Source of the DNA: Harriotta raleighana
Lineage: Eukaryota
Length of the DNA: 64,000 nt
Reading direction: 5' to 3'
Assembly (NCBI GenBank): GCA_050575255.1
Contig: JBNZDD010013599.1
Span: 825,321-889,320 of the forward strand
This document shows positions 1-13,408 of the stretch, piece after piece (the stretch's first letter is position 1; each line of letters starts with the position of its first letter). Both the position numbers and the translations under genes were made by a program. The notes below the pieces were generated by a model. It was given only the letters and a program-made list of their open reading frames with translations. It did not search any database and was not told where the DNA came from.

Positions 1-1149
1 CTCTGATTTTGCTTCAAATTTGCAGGAAATTGCAACTTGCCGCACAGATACATACGAGGTTCTGTACTGTAAGGGCCTGCAGTGTTCTGGCCAGTAGTTT
101 GCGCTCCACAATTTCAAGGGACTCGCATTATCACAAGCTCACCAGACTGCGAGGAGGACTGCTCAGCCCAGCATTATAATAATGAAAGAAAATGTGATAA
201 CTTGATGGAGATGGGCAGGAGCTAGAAGGAAAAAAAAGAAAACTTGACGCAAAGGCACTCCCTTTCATGGCTGCAATAGTACAGTAACTCAAGAGTTACT
301 CTGGGCAAAATGAATCAATCCTAATTCCCTTCAACAGATGCTTTAAACTACACTTAAACCTCTGAGCGTAGCTGGGCATGCAGAGTTTGAGACCTGCTAT
401 CTTGTGTCAGTTTTTTTTTTAATCATTTAACACATGCAGAAATCCATCGCTTAAGATATTCTTTAAATAAAGGCTCCCCAAGTGAAAGAAAATCAAGCGG
501 CTTTCATCCAAGGCGACAGCCCACAACACAAGAATTTTCTCAGTGTTTTAAACAGTTAACATTCCCCCATAGATCTATTTTCTCTCATTCCTTTAACATT
601 GCACCAATACAGTTAAGGGAACTACAGAGTTGGGAACCACAGAGGCTAACTTATTCGCAAACAAAACTAGTTCACGAAAGAATTGTGGGGATAGCAAACC
701 TGTGGGAGTTTGTACTGAGATGCTGACCCAGACTTTTGAAAGAGAATCTTTATTGTGTAACATTTGCCAGCTTTCCCTTCATGTTTGTATTAAAAAAGCA
801 TTTTTTTTTTTAAATTTTAAAAACGATTCGTCCCTGCCTTATCCACGGACAGCTTTTTGAAGTGGTCTGAATGCAGCCCATCAAATGCTGTCTTTGTTGG
901 AAAGCGATCATTTCCAGCTTAGACTCATTACTGCTGTATTGGGGTTTGGAGGGTTTTTAAAGCTGGAACATATTCGATGATAAAACCAATATGTGAAGAC
1001 ACAAATACAGTAATCTGGAATAATTCCAATGGATGTTAGAGGCATCGGGTAATTGAAAAAAGACATCGCCTTTAATATCACGTTGTTATAACTCCTGCAA
1101 AAGTCATCTTCGCCGCATAAGACCACAAGATACACAGTCAATTCACTTT

Positions 1150-1452
1150 AATAATAATGATAATAATCATCCTTGCGTTAAATATAGCGCTTTTCATGTC
1201 TTCCGGATATCTCAAAGGATTATACTGTAAAGTGAATTGACGGTATTTTTTTTGCGTGGGCGAAACGCAGCATCCAATTGCTCACAGTTGTGTCCCACAC
1301 ACAGTCGTGGATTGAGATGAACAATTTTTTTTTGAAGAATTACCATCAGGCGTGTATGAGTAAGGAAACTTCCCCATGATTTTGCCCTGCCTTGAATCAA
1401 ACCCAGGTCTCTTACTTGCAATGCAAGTGCTCTAACCACTGAGCTACAGGAC
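1150..1452 (-). mobile_element. Full-length tRNA-derived SINE (family A; Deu-domain-like core, L2-like tail, (ATT)n end)
   Basis: Minus-strand head TCCTGTAGCTCAGTGGTTAGAGC...CCTGGGTTTGATTC, core TGTGGGACAC..CTGTGAGCAATTGG..GCGTTTCGCCCAC, tail AAAAGCGCTATA..ATT repeats; same family at 46384 and 61261. Confidence 0.85.
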
Positions 1453-2704
1453 ACCTAGAGTACAGTATACAGTAAATATAATGTATTTTGAGATGCCTCG
1501 AAGATGTGAAAAGGCGTTATATCAAATGCAATGATTATTATTATTACTACTACCGGATATTAAATGTTATAGTCAAGATATTTAACAGTAAATGTATGTG
1601 TACTAGTTAACAATGTGGTTGTTCACCTCTGCAACCGAGTGATCTGGTTCAGTTTAGACAGCTACAGCTCCGCACTGTTACTCTGCCAAAGGTTTCATAG
1701 TGGCAGCTGTCCTAAAGGTGGGAAGCCACGTAAACTTTAGCATCTGCACTCTGTTACGTCTGGAGATTAGAGAATTTCATCCACATTTCTGCTCGGCAGA
1801 AAGTTCCAAGGCGAATAATCATCCCCTAATAATGAAGCTCGTCAAACGTTTACTGAGCAAATCCATCGACGTGCGAACATAAAACATTTACTCAAGGACG
1901 CACGCTTCTCATGTGGAAACGAACCTGAAAATAAAATGCGCGTAACCTCCTTTGCAGTGCCAAGCAAAAAAAAAGGAACAGATGTGAAACACACTTGTGG
2001 ATGAGCACAATGAACAAGGAGCAAAGTGAGATGGTAAATATAAAACAGAATGCATGTCAGGGCAAAAGTGATTGGAATCGTCTGTGTGAAACACAGCTGT
2101 AGAGAATCTAAGGGATTCGAGGAGGATCTTTTAATGTGTGTACACAGCTCTAATCTTCCATCGCACTTAAAGCTTTGGAGTTGACAGGCAATAATTTGAA
2201 ACCAGCCTCCAGAGCAGTGGCCACCGGCCAATGAGGTTTTTTACATCCACTAATCCTTTAATCAACTTTGAAAAAAAAATTAAAAGGGAAAATCCTGATC
2301 CTTAATTACTGTGGTTTATTTGAAAATTGCTCAGTCCTAAATCGTTCGCTTTGAAAATATATCCTCCTATATCAAATGTAAGTATTATTATTATTATTCT
2401 GTAGAAGTAAAAAGAACAGTGGAGATTTAAAGATATAATCTTTATCTATACAGGTTCGGCCTGATTATTGCTATTCCAAATTCCCTGTAATGTTTCAACA
2501 TCTCGGAGAAACCTTTCTCAGGTTAAGGATCGGGAATTGTGTGTGCATCCTTGTGAGATGCACAGATTCCTCCCAAGGCCATTATCATTCTTTTAATCTA
2601 CACCACAAGTCTTGGGACTGACAGCTAAACCATACCGGTCTAATGGACCTCAACTCTTCAAAGGGAAAAAGGATCCAACGACTGAGTAGATTCACTGGCC
2701 CGAT

Positions 2705-2731
2705 GAGAGAGAGAGAGAGAGAGAGAGAGAG
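2705..2731. repeat. (GA)n microsatellite
   Basis: About 13 GA units. Confidence 0.9.
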
Positions 2732-5536
2732 TGAGACGTTACTGACTGCAGCTCCCACCTGGTTCACTGAGAACATTTCAATTGTGATTGATTCTGTATT
2801 CCTCTAAAGTAACCCACATGGATCTAAAGTGCTTGAAATTTAAAGAGTCTTTAGTAATACTAACATTACATACATTTCTAACACGTATAAACATTATGGG
2901 CAAGATCTTGGGATAAAACGTTAAGACTATATAAACATCCAGTAAAAGCATGTTCTTGATAGTAATACGTTTATGCGGTGAAGTATTTAATAGACTTGAC
3001 ATTAATGTGTTCTAACAACACTTGGGGGTCTTTAACCAAGGAAAATCCGTTAGTAGATGGGTGGTAATTAGAGAATAATTAGTTTTAAAAAAAGGGAGTT
3101 CAATATAATCTTTTATGACCATTTCATGAGATCAAGAAAAATAATGTTGTTCCTTGTATCCTACCCCACATAAATTAAAAAAGAAATTGTTCTGCCTCTT
3201 CAGTGGCTAATTGAGTTGTTCTATTCAACATCATAGAGAGCAAGAGAATCCCACTTTCAATCCTCAATCTGTGTGTTGAGTTCATTGGTCTCAATTGGGG
3301 TGGATTATGCTACAATGGACCTCAACGCCCTGAGCTCAGGAGAGGAAAATTCATCAGCCATTGTTGCTACTGAATTCCTATCCACTTAAGACACGTCGGG
3401 AACAAACCTAAAGAGATCTCAGCTGAGAATCTTAGGTATGAGGCTTTGATTGCAATCCCACACCATCTACAATAACAACAACAACAAAATTACGTTTATG
3501 GAACGCCTTTCACATCGGGAGGATGTCCCAAAGTGTAAATGCAAAGAATGCTCTTGTTCCCTAGTTGAAATATAGTTAAAACCTCCAGCAAAGGAAAGGG
3601 GGGTGGTGGGGGGAAACTGTATGAAAAATATGTCGCAGATTGCGACAAATAAAAGACATGGAAAGGAACAGTGAAAGAAAATATACAGTGATAGTATAGG
3701 ATTCTCACCCACAGTCTAACTTGTACGGACAACCATTTGGGTAAAGGTACAGTATATACACCATTGGGTAACTTTGAAGACTATTTGAAGGACGATGAAT
3801 GGAATTGTGTGAATGTACTTACTATAATATCTTTAGATTGATACTTTATAATGTTTGCTATCACTCATTTTGATCGTCCGCAAAAAATCGCCTCCTTATC
3901 GCTCAGTGATTGTCCCTCTATCCTCACGAATTTGAGATTAATTTTGAGAGGCTGATTTGAAAGATTATAGCTATGAAACTTATCTCGCTCTTGCACAAAT
4001 GGCGAGTATACACATGGTCAAAAGCTTGCACAACAGTATCAGATGTAAACCCCCAGCATAAATCACTCGCTTCAGTTTGAGGAGATAAACGTGAGGGAGG
4101 AGGAAAGGAAATAGAAATTCTTCCAAAGACACATAACCTAAGTTAAACATTGAACATTAAAAAATATACTGAGTTTATATCTCTGCAGTCATTTAGTGCC
4201 TTCCAATAATAGCATGCACTGTAGCTTGGAAATGTCAAAATACTTACTCAAAGATTCAATTTTCCACAGAAAAAAAAACTAAAACGTAAGGTAGCCTGAA
4301 GCTGCAAAAGTATAACCAAGGCCATGTTGGTACTGTGGAAGAGGTAAGGTTTTGTTTTTTCAGCTTCAGGGCATAAAGAATCTCGTTAACTCTGATTAAT
4401 GGATTACCAGGCCACATTTAGACATCAACACACTTATCAGATACCCTGGTGGGCAGAAGCAGCCAGTATAAAGGGAACCTATCTCCTTTCACTTCAGTCT
4501 CTCTTTCTTCTACGCCAGTGTTTGGGAGAACTGAAGTTAACTCATTGCCATAACTACAGTAGTTAACAAAGGCCACAATTTGAATTAAGGTAGTAATCAC
4601 TATGTTAAATGACCTCTAGAATTCTTAAGAGATCTTTCTAACCATAGATTGCCCGATATTTTAACATGAGAAAAGGTTAGAATTAATTCAATTTGATGAG
4701 GCGCGATGAAGCTAAACTTTGAATATACATTTATTTTATTCTTAACTAAGGAATTTGTTTTTTTTTTGCACACACAAGATTATTTCACTGATTTATCAAT
4801 AGCACACAGAGATTAAATTTGAAATCATTTTTATCTCAGACACCAACCCCAATGAGTTAACTTATCACTGATAGTAAATAAATGTGTGGTAAACGGAAGA
4901 TTGATGGAAGCCTCATGAATGATTTGTCCTACAGCAACATCCATACTGTTTCCACATGATTTAGGGTTTGGAATGAAGGAGAGAGAGCACATTAGCCTCA
5001 TTAATCAACAATTCGTCTGTTTCTGAAACTCCACACAATTCATAAACAGAAATGGATTTGATCTCAATCCTCATCCTTCCATTCCTACACAGACAATAAT
5101 ACAGGTAGATCTTAAGAAATAAACTTCCTTTGTTTTCTCTGCTTTGCATTTTTATTTTTTATATATATATATATAAAAATGAAAACAGTAGATGCATTAC
5201 ATTCTTTCATTGAAAGTACAAGTGTAACCTATAAGGTCAGCACATTTTCAGTTATGTTTGCTACACAGAATTTCTCTGTCTTGTCCATCATTACCCCAAC
5301 AGCAACATACAAAATAGCCGTAAATTATAGATACTGTGTCCCCACCCCTTCCCCACATATCCCCACATATTAAAGAGTGCTTCTCTCCTGGAAAGGTTTT
5401 AAAGTTGCAAAATTTACAATCGACCATTAGAAAATTGAGGAAAACCTTTACTTGACGAACAACACTGAATATTTAAGCTATCATCTTCTGACTGGTGAGT
5501 CTTCCTCGGAGGAGATCCAATCATTTTCCATTCATA

Positions 5537-5870
5537 TCAATAACAACAACAAGGTTATATTTGCAGAGCACCTTTCACATGGAGAAGACGTCCCAAGGCA
5601 CTGAACAGTCGGGGAGCCGGGTCCCAATGGGGGGGTGGGGGTATGGGGGGGTGGGGGTGCGGGAGGTGGGGGGCAAATTGGAATGAGGGAGGGTAGAGTG
5701 GTAGGAGGGCGATTGAAGGCATGGCCCAAGATGGAGGGTCTTGAGACCGGCCTTGAAGGGAGGGCAAGTTGAGGGAGCAAGGCGAAGGGTTTGTGGGATG
5801 GAGTTCCAAAGTGTAGGGATAGAGAGCCAGAAAGTTAGGAGGGGGCAAGGCCGTGGAGGGCCTTGGAAGT
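5537..5870 (-). mobile_element. L2-clade LINE 3' end (family B)
   Basis: Minus strand encodes PTLWNSIPQTLRLAP..FKAGLKTL (L2/CR1 ORF2 C-terminal WNSLP...FK..LKT motif), then a C-rich 3' UTR and a (GTT)n tail. Confidence 0.8.
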
Positions 5871-6082
5871 GGTCTAATTCAAGAAGCTGTGGTTTAGTTG
5901 CCAGCATATTAAACAACAACGAAATGATGTCTTATATAGCGTCTTTAACGTCAGGGGGACGTCCCAAGGTGCTGGAACAAACAGTTGTAATGCAAATAGC
6001 TGGAACAGGGTTTAATTCCCGAAGCCATAATTAAGTCTCAGATTTCTTTCCAGATAAACTATTCTTATGATCCTTTGCTTGT

Positions 6083-6180
6083 TCACGGAGGTGCCTTTAA
6101 GCTACTAGACTTCAGATAGACAGTTGAGTTAGTATCTTGTATCAGATCGATGCAGCTTTGAAACAATGCCAAGATTCGTC
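6083..6180 (-). CDS. PKDCC: PKDCC-like terminal coding exon 7
   Basis: TTTTCCACAG acceptor, phase 1, [32 protein letters not shown]; resembles the PKDCC C-terminus. Confidence 0.85.
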
Positions 6181-9100
6181 CTGTGGAAAAATAATAGTTT
6201 TTTTTTAGTCTGGATGTACTTACCACCCATCATACATTAAGTTGTCTTAACGTTGGTTAATTCCCCCAGTTAAATTACATGATTGCCACCAACCACAGTT
6301 GACTTTGACCAGAATAAATACAGTACAGTACTCGCCATTAGCAGAGAGGTCACCCTGAAACAACGTCTTTAACCAACACCACCGAGCCTCAGCCGCAGAG
6401 TATTTCAGTCTCCGAACAATCCACATTTCTAAACTCCACAATGTGGAGTCTCGTAGCACACTGGTTAGAGCGCTCGCCTCACAAACAAGAGGAGCCAGGT
6501 TCGATTCCCAGGCTTTCCGAGCAAATGTCAGCAGATTCAGTTAGTCTATTCATGAAAAGGTCATTGTAAAATCTATCATTCTCTACAACTATCTGCTTTG
6601 CGCTGTTTTGCGCATTGCGTGAATACACCCTTGTTAACATTGTGTGGAGTGGAAACAACCCAACATCTACTTTTGTGTATTTTATGTCACTTGCAATTCC
6701 ACTGTCTCCAGGTACCATACTAAAAATCAGTATCTTCACCAGACTAGCTCAATAAATCAAGCTCTTTATACGATAAAATGTATCATCTACCTCTCTCTCC
6801 CCCTACGCTGTCCAAATTATATCTATTCTATTCTGCTGTCAAGTTGTGAAAATGACAAGTACTTGCTAATACAATCCAGAGTCAATACAGTATTTAAACT
6901 GTGTGCGTCTCTCAAACATCTCTGGAGCTGTTTATTGGCCCTTGATGCGATTTTACTTCCACTTCATGTCCTTGTACATTATTGATGCATTCGCTGATCT
7001 CACTGACAAGCCTTAATCGTAAGTATTTCAGACAAATTGTCTTCCAACACCCGGTGACTGCCACAGCCCCACATGTGGCATTTATTCTAACCACCAGCAG
7101 ACGGTGGAATAGACTTCACACCCGCAGTTTGATGTGAGCAGAACAAGTTTGTTTATGAAAAGTAAATCTACACTGGGAATTTGGATTAACCCTGATTCAG
7201 TAAACAGATTGTTGCTGCAAAGTGAGATCACAAGAGAAACTCTTGACATCTCCGCTGGCAATTCAGCACAGTTTCCAATTCACCACATGTGTCTGTGGCT
7301 GGTCCATAACCACTGGAGACGGACTTTGGGAAACATCTGTACTCCAGCTGCAGTGCGCTCTGCTTCGCCCCACAGAGCTACAGAGAGGGGAGGAAAAGTA
7401 TCTGTACCAGTCCATGTTGTCCGCCGGGTCACAGCAAAGCTTTGACATCGTCGATGGGAGTGACAAATGGCTGCAGCCTCTTCCACATCATGGACTGACA
7501 GCAAACATCGCTGGTGATTGTACGATGGCCAACATCTATAATCACAATTTTCTTGAATGCGAAATCCCTGAACTGCTTTGTAATCTGAAAGGAAACACAA
7601 GAGAAGGTTTATTGCTATCTCGCTCCGTAATATTTGTGGGCTACATAGCAGGATGGATACTAGAAGATTAAACGTCTACTCTAATGGGATACCAATATCC
7701 CTGGGCAGAGGGATTCATCTCTGGATATGAATGGCAAGAAAAAAAAAGAGCAGGATTCCCAGCCAGGAATTGCTAATGCAGGAATAAAGACAACGTGAGC
7801 AGCAGGAAAAAGACAAGAAGGGAAGACAAAGAGCAAACATTTAAGCTCCGGAGATCCGTACCTTTCAGATAGCTCTGGGAATGATTGATACGATACAGCC
7901 CAGATTTGTACAAATCCAACACTTCTCCAAACATTTCTAACGTTTTATTAATCCCAAAGCGGAGGTCTCCTATAGGGGAAAAGGGGTGGGAGTTGGGCAT
8001 TACAGTTAATGGTATAAACAACACCTTTCAAACACACACTTCACCCAAGTGTAGAAGAACTTGCATTTTTTTTTATAGCGCTTTATTTATTTACTGCATT
8101 TGAACTCTCTCCAAAGCGCTTTCAAAGCAACATCTGTTGAGAAAAGATGCATTTAACTGTGACTACCTGTTGCATTCATAATGTCGTTCAGAAGAGGTGT
8201 TAAGGCAGGTGGTGCACTGTGCGGCAGCAAGTAGGTGAAAAAGTATCTTTGAAAGGAAATAGAAACCATTAATGGGGGCTGGGGGAAAAAATGCAGATAA
8301 AATTCAAGACCGGGAAAGCTTGACTTGGTTCAGTAATATAATTTAATTAGATTTATAAGGAAAGGTTAGAAATTCAATTTTAAGACTATATATTTTTTTT
8401 TAAATCAATGTTACAGTAGTGTACTTTGGAATTTAAAACATTTAAATGCTTGGTGTAATCCTGAGGTAGATCTATAAGTACCTGAATGCATTATAAAGGT
8501 TCCTCTTTTCGTTTATTCCTCGACACTTTCCCTCTGCTGTGCATTGCAGGCTGAAATTCCTGGTGGGGAATGCCAGGATGCAATCACTAGCGTCCTTACA
8601 CCAAAGCTCTTCTGTACTGATGTCGTCCAAGTCGGTCACTTTGAGCTGTCCGTCCACGATGACAAACTGGCGAGGCTGAAAATCCAGCAAAACCACTGAT
8701 CCCAGAGGTGAGTGAGCCAAATAATGGAGCAAATTTATCAAGTTCCAGCAAATCTGAAACCAATACAAATAAGAGCTTTTTCAGCTGGTCTTGAAAACTG
8801 ATAGTTTACTTACATGATGTGAGCATGCCGCAATCCACATTAGCAACTGGAAACATCATTCTGCAGTCAAAATGATCTGCCTAAATTGATAATTGAATTG
8901 ATGGGAATTGACTGTATATTTGTGGGCGAAACTCGACAGACAATTTTGTGCATCAGCGTCCCCCACAAACAGTCATGGATTGAATGACCAAATTTTTTTT
9001 TTTTTGAGGGATTATTATACATTCGAACAGCATCTATAACAGTTCTTTCCGAGACTACCTTTACTTGTTTAAAATAATCCTCGCATTTTCATATAGCGCC

Positions 9101-11815
9101 TTATCACATAATTGAGACCTCTCAAAGGGCTTCACGCCTATCAACCTATCCAGTGGAGTGACTGTGTAATTTTTGTGCAAGGCAGTGTCCCACAGACAGC
9201 ACCTGGAGCGAGTGATGATTTTTTTGATTCACATTTGGGGGGATTTGTCGGCCAGACCCCACCAGGAGAAACTGCCCCCTCTGTTTAAGTGAGTCAATAC
9301 AAATGATCCCAAGACCCTTGAGGAAGATCTCAGTTTCTATTCTGGGTCAGTCAGGCCAAGAAGTGAGGCTGAACAACAGCAGAGAAAACAGTGGAGTCAC
9401 AGCTAGAGTTTACAGTAGCTATCCGCTCGCTTACCATTGCTGGGAAACTGGTACCCTCAGCAGAGATGGGAATTGAGGGGTTGGAGGGTGGGGGGTTGGG
9501 GAGAGAAGTACAACTTTCATACCTTCTTCACAAGTAGATATTTGTATTATTTCACATGACTTCACTGCATCAAAATTACTTTGCCATGACTGTATTTCTG
9601 TATGAATGACATACATTCCCTTTTCCTTGGCAGCTGAATGTCAGAATACATCAATGATTATTAGGTTCACTCTAACCTAGTAGAAGATCACCAGCAGTAC
9701 AATATCTTTCCCTGGTGAAGCCTATCTCACATCTCCAAGCCAGGGTCCAGTGGTCATGTTTGTTTAGAATATTAATCTCTCTCATTGGGTCTGTGTGTGT
9801 GTGTGTTGTCAGATCTGACCAGATGATGATAAGAATGGTTTTGGAAATGAACTGATCTTTATACAGAGAAGGTCAGCACACACAATCCACTTGCAAAAAC
9901 CTCTGGTGTGTGTGTGTGTGTGTGTTTTTAATCCAGATTCGGCGCCTAGATTAACAGATAAATTCTCTTTTGTTTTGCTTACCCTAAAGCGTTCTTCCCA
10001 GGGGGTTTGCAAAAGCTGAATCATCTCGACAGGGGATCCCAGCTCCAGCATTGCTGTGATTACAGCCACATCCTCCAATCTATCATTGTAGCATTGCCCA
10101 AACCACTGTGTCAGGGGGGGGGGGGAGTGTGGGTGGGTGATGGGGGTAATAGTCCAAACAGTGAGTATAGTGACACTCAAGACAAAAGTAAGTATCAATA
10201 ACACAGCACTGTATTGCAAAAAAATAATTGACAAACAACAAGACTCAATTCTGATCTCCCATTGGGGGTTTGTGGCCACAACTCACATCACACAGACAGT
10301 CACACAGAGTCCCTGTTTGCAATGCAGCAGCACATACTTTCCTCACTCTAATCTAAAAGGATTTGTAGTACACAGTGCACCCAACTGATTTGAGCACCCA
10401 TAATGAAGCAAGGGTTTAAATCCCATTCAATTCAAATCCAAATGTAAAAACACACACAAACACACACACACACACTGGGGGATAAGAAAGTAAAGAGATA
10501 ATGGGTTACAATGGATGGGGAGGGGGGGAGGGGGGGGTCTGTGGGAAAGGGGTGAGTTAGAGGGAGGGGGGGGGGATGCAAGGTTTTGTGTTATTTATAT
10601 CTGGATCACTGCTCCCCAGGAGAGAAAGCAGATAGAGAACAAGAAACACAAGGGCGAGGCATCTCTGTACATACTGCACTGTATATATTTTATTATGTAT
10701 AATGCAAGGATTGCATATAATATATATACTGTGTGTGTGTGTATATATATATATCCTCCTCGACTACACTCAGCTATAGGACAAGTTGGTCTTTGTATGG
10801 GGATTATGGTCAGTGTGGCCAGTCAATGTCAGACTCTCCAAAACACTGTTCAACTCTCAGCAACGACCCTACAAGTCAAGTTGGGGGGTGGGGGGGAGGG
10901 TTGGTATAGACATATCCCCATCTCTACCATGGGACACACACACACACACACATCATCATCATCAGTGACTGCATTCACTCTCAGCTTCCATCAAATGATC
11001 AGAAAAATACATCAGCTGGGAAGGTCTAACTGACTACATCCACTGTGAGTCCATGGATGGATATTAAGTGTTTCATCCATTGCCTCCCCCCAATTCCCCC
11101 CAGAGAATAACATATATATATGTGTGTGTGTGTGTGTATAACATATATATCTACACAGACACACATGTGTATGTATAAATGACTGCAGTGCTGGACTCAC
11201 CTGTATGATATTGGGATGTCGAAGCCTTTGGAGCAAAGTGATCTCTTTGACAATTTTATAGGCAGCCAGGCTGTGACAGCCTTGGATGTGGCCATGTCGC
11301 CTGACACACAGACCCACTTCCATCCCTTGGCTGTTGACAGATTTCAGGGCAATGGCTGTACCGTCCTCAAGTTGCCCTTTGCAGACCCTTTTGGTGTAAC
11401 CAGAGCCCAGGAACTCGACACCTGTGATGTTTCTGAAGTCCCTGCAGCCCACAGCCCCCTTCCCCAGGTTCCCCATCGCCCTCTCTGCCATCCCCCTGAG
11501 GAGAACATCACCATCAGTGGCCTCAGACTCTCTTCTGACTGTGACTTCCCCCAGCTGGTGGTCAGTCAAGCCCCCTGGCCTCAGGGGCTGGTCAGTTGCA
11601 GTCTCCTGGTAGCTGAGAATGTCCTGGACCCTCCCTGCAATCTCTTGTAGCAGCTCAGGTTGGCCAAGGTTGTTGAGCAGCTTTTGGGTGGACCTCCAGG
11701 TCTGCTGGACCACAGCCACTGGCTGCTGAGAACCTGTGGAGAACATCACTGCCAGAAGGGCACAGGTCACAACCAGGGCTGTGGAGAGAGACAGGAGGAT
11801 CTGGATCTTCCTCAT
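6083..11815 (-). CDS. PKDCC: PKDCC/VLK-family extracellular (secretory-pathway) tyrosine-protein kinase, probable second paralog (PKDCC-like), 7 coding exons, 490 aa
   Basis: Join (minus): 11815-11201, 10105-9983, 8753-8482, 8246-8167, 7969-7862, 7584-7408, 6180-6083 = 1473 nt, all GT-AG and phase-consistent. N-terminal hydrophobic signal/anchor ([25 protein letters not shown]), Gly-loop LGSGYTK, IALK lysine, [21 protein letters not shown], catalytic [26 protein letters not shown] and a Cys-rich C-terminus, all characteristic of PKDCC. Confidence 0.93.
6445..6515 (+). pseudogene. tRNA-like SINE head / tRNA pseudogene in the last PKDCC-like intron
   Basis: GTAGCACACTGGTTAGAGCGCTCGCC...CCAGGTTCGATTCCC; B box intact, A box and anticodon arm degenerate. 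Confidence 0.55.
7408..7584 (-). CDS. PKDCC: PKDCC-like exon 6 (Cys-rich C-terminal domain)
   Basis: DYKAVQG...[45 protein letters not shown]; 177 nt. Confidence 0.9.
7862..7969 (-). CDS. PKDCC: PKDCC-like exon 5
   Basis: [36 protein letters not shown]; 108 nt. Confidence 0.9.
8167..8246 (-). CDS. PKDCC: PKDCC-like exon 4
   Basis: [26 protein letters not shown]; 80 nt; below the ORF-track threshold, translated by hand. Confidence 0.92.
8482..8753 (-). CDS. PKDCC: PKDCC-like exon 3 (catalytic loop)
   Basis: [44 protein letters not shown]...NLYNAF; 272 nt. Confidence 0.95.
9983..10105 (-). CDS. PKDCC: PKDCC-like exon 2
   Basis: WFGQCY...[21 protein letters not shown]; 123 nt; CAG acceptor, GTAAGC donor. 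Confidence 0.92.
11201..11815 (-). CDS. PKDCC: PKDCC-like coding exon 1 (signal/anchor + kinase N-lobe)
   Basis: ATG at 11815; MRKIQ...LGSGYTKRV...IALKSV...LRHPNIIQ; donor CAG|GTGAGT. Confidence 0.9.
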
Positions 11816-13408
11816 GTTGTCCACCCTGTGTTTCTGCTCTGTGGGCAATTGTACGATTCTCTGATTCTATGTTGGCTTGCAGTGAGGAGAGAACCAGACC
11901 AATCAATGCCTCTCACTCACTCTCACTCACTCTTATCATTCAGATTCAAGCTGGGAAACCAACTGTCTGTATCTCATCTCTCTTTCTGTGTGTGTGTGTG
12001 TGTCTGATCTCTCTCTCTCTCTATCTGTCTCTCCAATAACATCCCGGAGGTGTGTCTTCGATCTCCTGCTCACAGCCTTTGCCTTTGACACTATTTATTC
12101 GTGAAAGACCAGCCAGAGCCCATACATTTATGTACCACAAGGGAGCACCATCAATTCATTCATTGACTATTTAAAAATATACCAAGAATAAAAATAATAA
12201 TCCTTCCAGTTGACACAGCGGCTTTTCACATCTTCCGGATGTCTCAAAAGCGCTTCACGGAGTGTACGGTAAAGCGAATTGACTGTATACTTGTGGGCGA
12301 AACTCCCAATATGTAGGCAATACACGAAGGGCAACTGATTGACACGCCATTTGTCATTGAGACTCTTCTGTGGCTCACCAGCTGATGGTTTCAGCCCTTT
12401 ATGGGATTGATTGTTTAATAAACTGCAGCTTTAAAAACCTACAGCATGGGGTGGGGGGGGAGGGGAAAACCCTCACTTCATTGTTGTCGTTGGCGAGGTT
12501 TTAAAGGTTTTAATAGCTTCAAACAGAGGGTCGGTGGGACAATTGTGACAGTGCAGTCAGCGCTTTACATGTTTTATGACAACTATGTGGCAAATAATCA
12601 ATTAAACGCCGACTTAATTAACTGATGCTAAATGCTGCGAATGATAAGAGCGAAGGGTCACGTCACAATCCCCCATTTCCCTTGTCAATGCAACGATTAA
12701 AGAGTGGAATTCAATTAATGTGGTTACAATGGAAATCAAGCGCACGTTCCTCCCGTTATCTCGACACAGTTTTTAATCCAAGGAAGAGGGTAGCAGAACA
12801 TGCTTTCTGGATTCCGCGTAAAAATTGTAGATCTTGGAATGGATTGTGGGTCCAAAAAGCGATGGAGTCCTGGGATCTGAACAGGAGGTGAAGAGAAAAT
12901 TGAGGCGAAAATAATGTAGAGGAAGAAGGGTCTTGGAGTGTGTGGGCAATTAACATTGGGATTGCTCTTTTTGGAAGAGCAGATATCTGCTCCAAAACAG
13001 TGGATTTGCGTGTGTCTTGCATTTCCATGATTTATTATACTGGTTCATATGTATTCAGTAATCCCCAAACCATAGATTTTTCCCTCTCTGACAACTACCA
13101 GATACAAAATCGACCCTGAAAATATTGGGTCAATTTTATCTGTGTTTTTTCTGAAAATAGAAAAAAAAACACAGAATTGTAAACCTTGTTTCCTGCCTTT
13201 TTCTGGACTGAATAATTAATTAAATTAAATACTTAATTAATTAACCTTAGTTTTCGATATCAATTCAAGTCTTAATGTGGGGATCCCCAAATCATTTCTA
13301 ACCCAGAGCTAAGGTGCTTACATATGAAGATGTGTGACTAGAGTGAAATAATATAAATTGAAGTTGTTGTAATAGGGTGTGGACAAATACCCATGGAAAC
13401 ATCCTCAA

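Noticed and set aside
1-6000. Looked for MOK exons, the human neighbour of ZNF839
   Set aside because: No KIGEGTFSEV or HRDVKPEN-type coding sequence found by eye on either strand; short ORFs here (e.g. 4961-5149) are not recognisable.
5495-6034. Cluster of overlapping ORFs downstream of the kinase
   Set aside because: They derive from an L2 LINE 3' end (WNSIP...FK..LKT) and its G/C-rich UTR, not a host gene.
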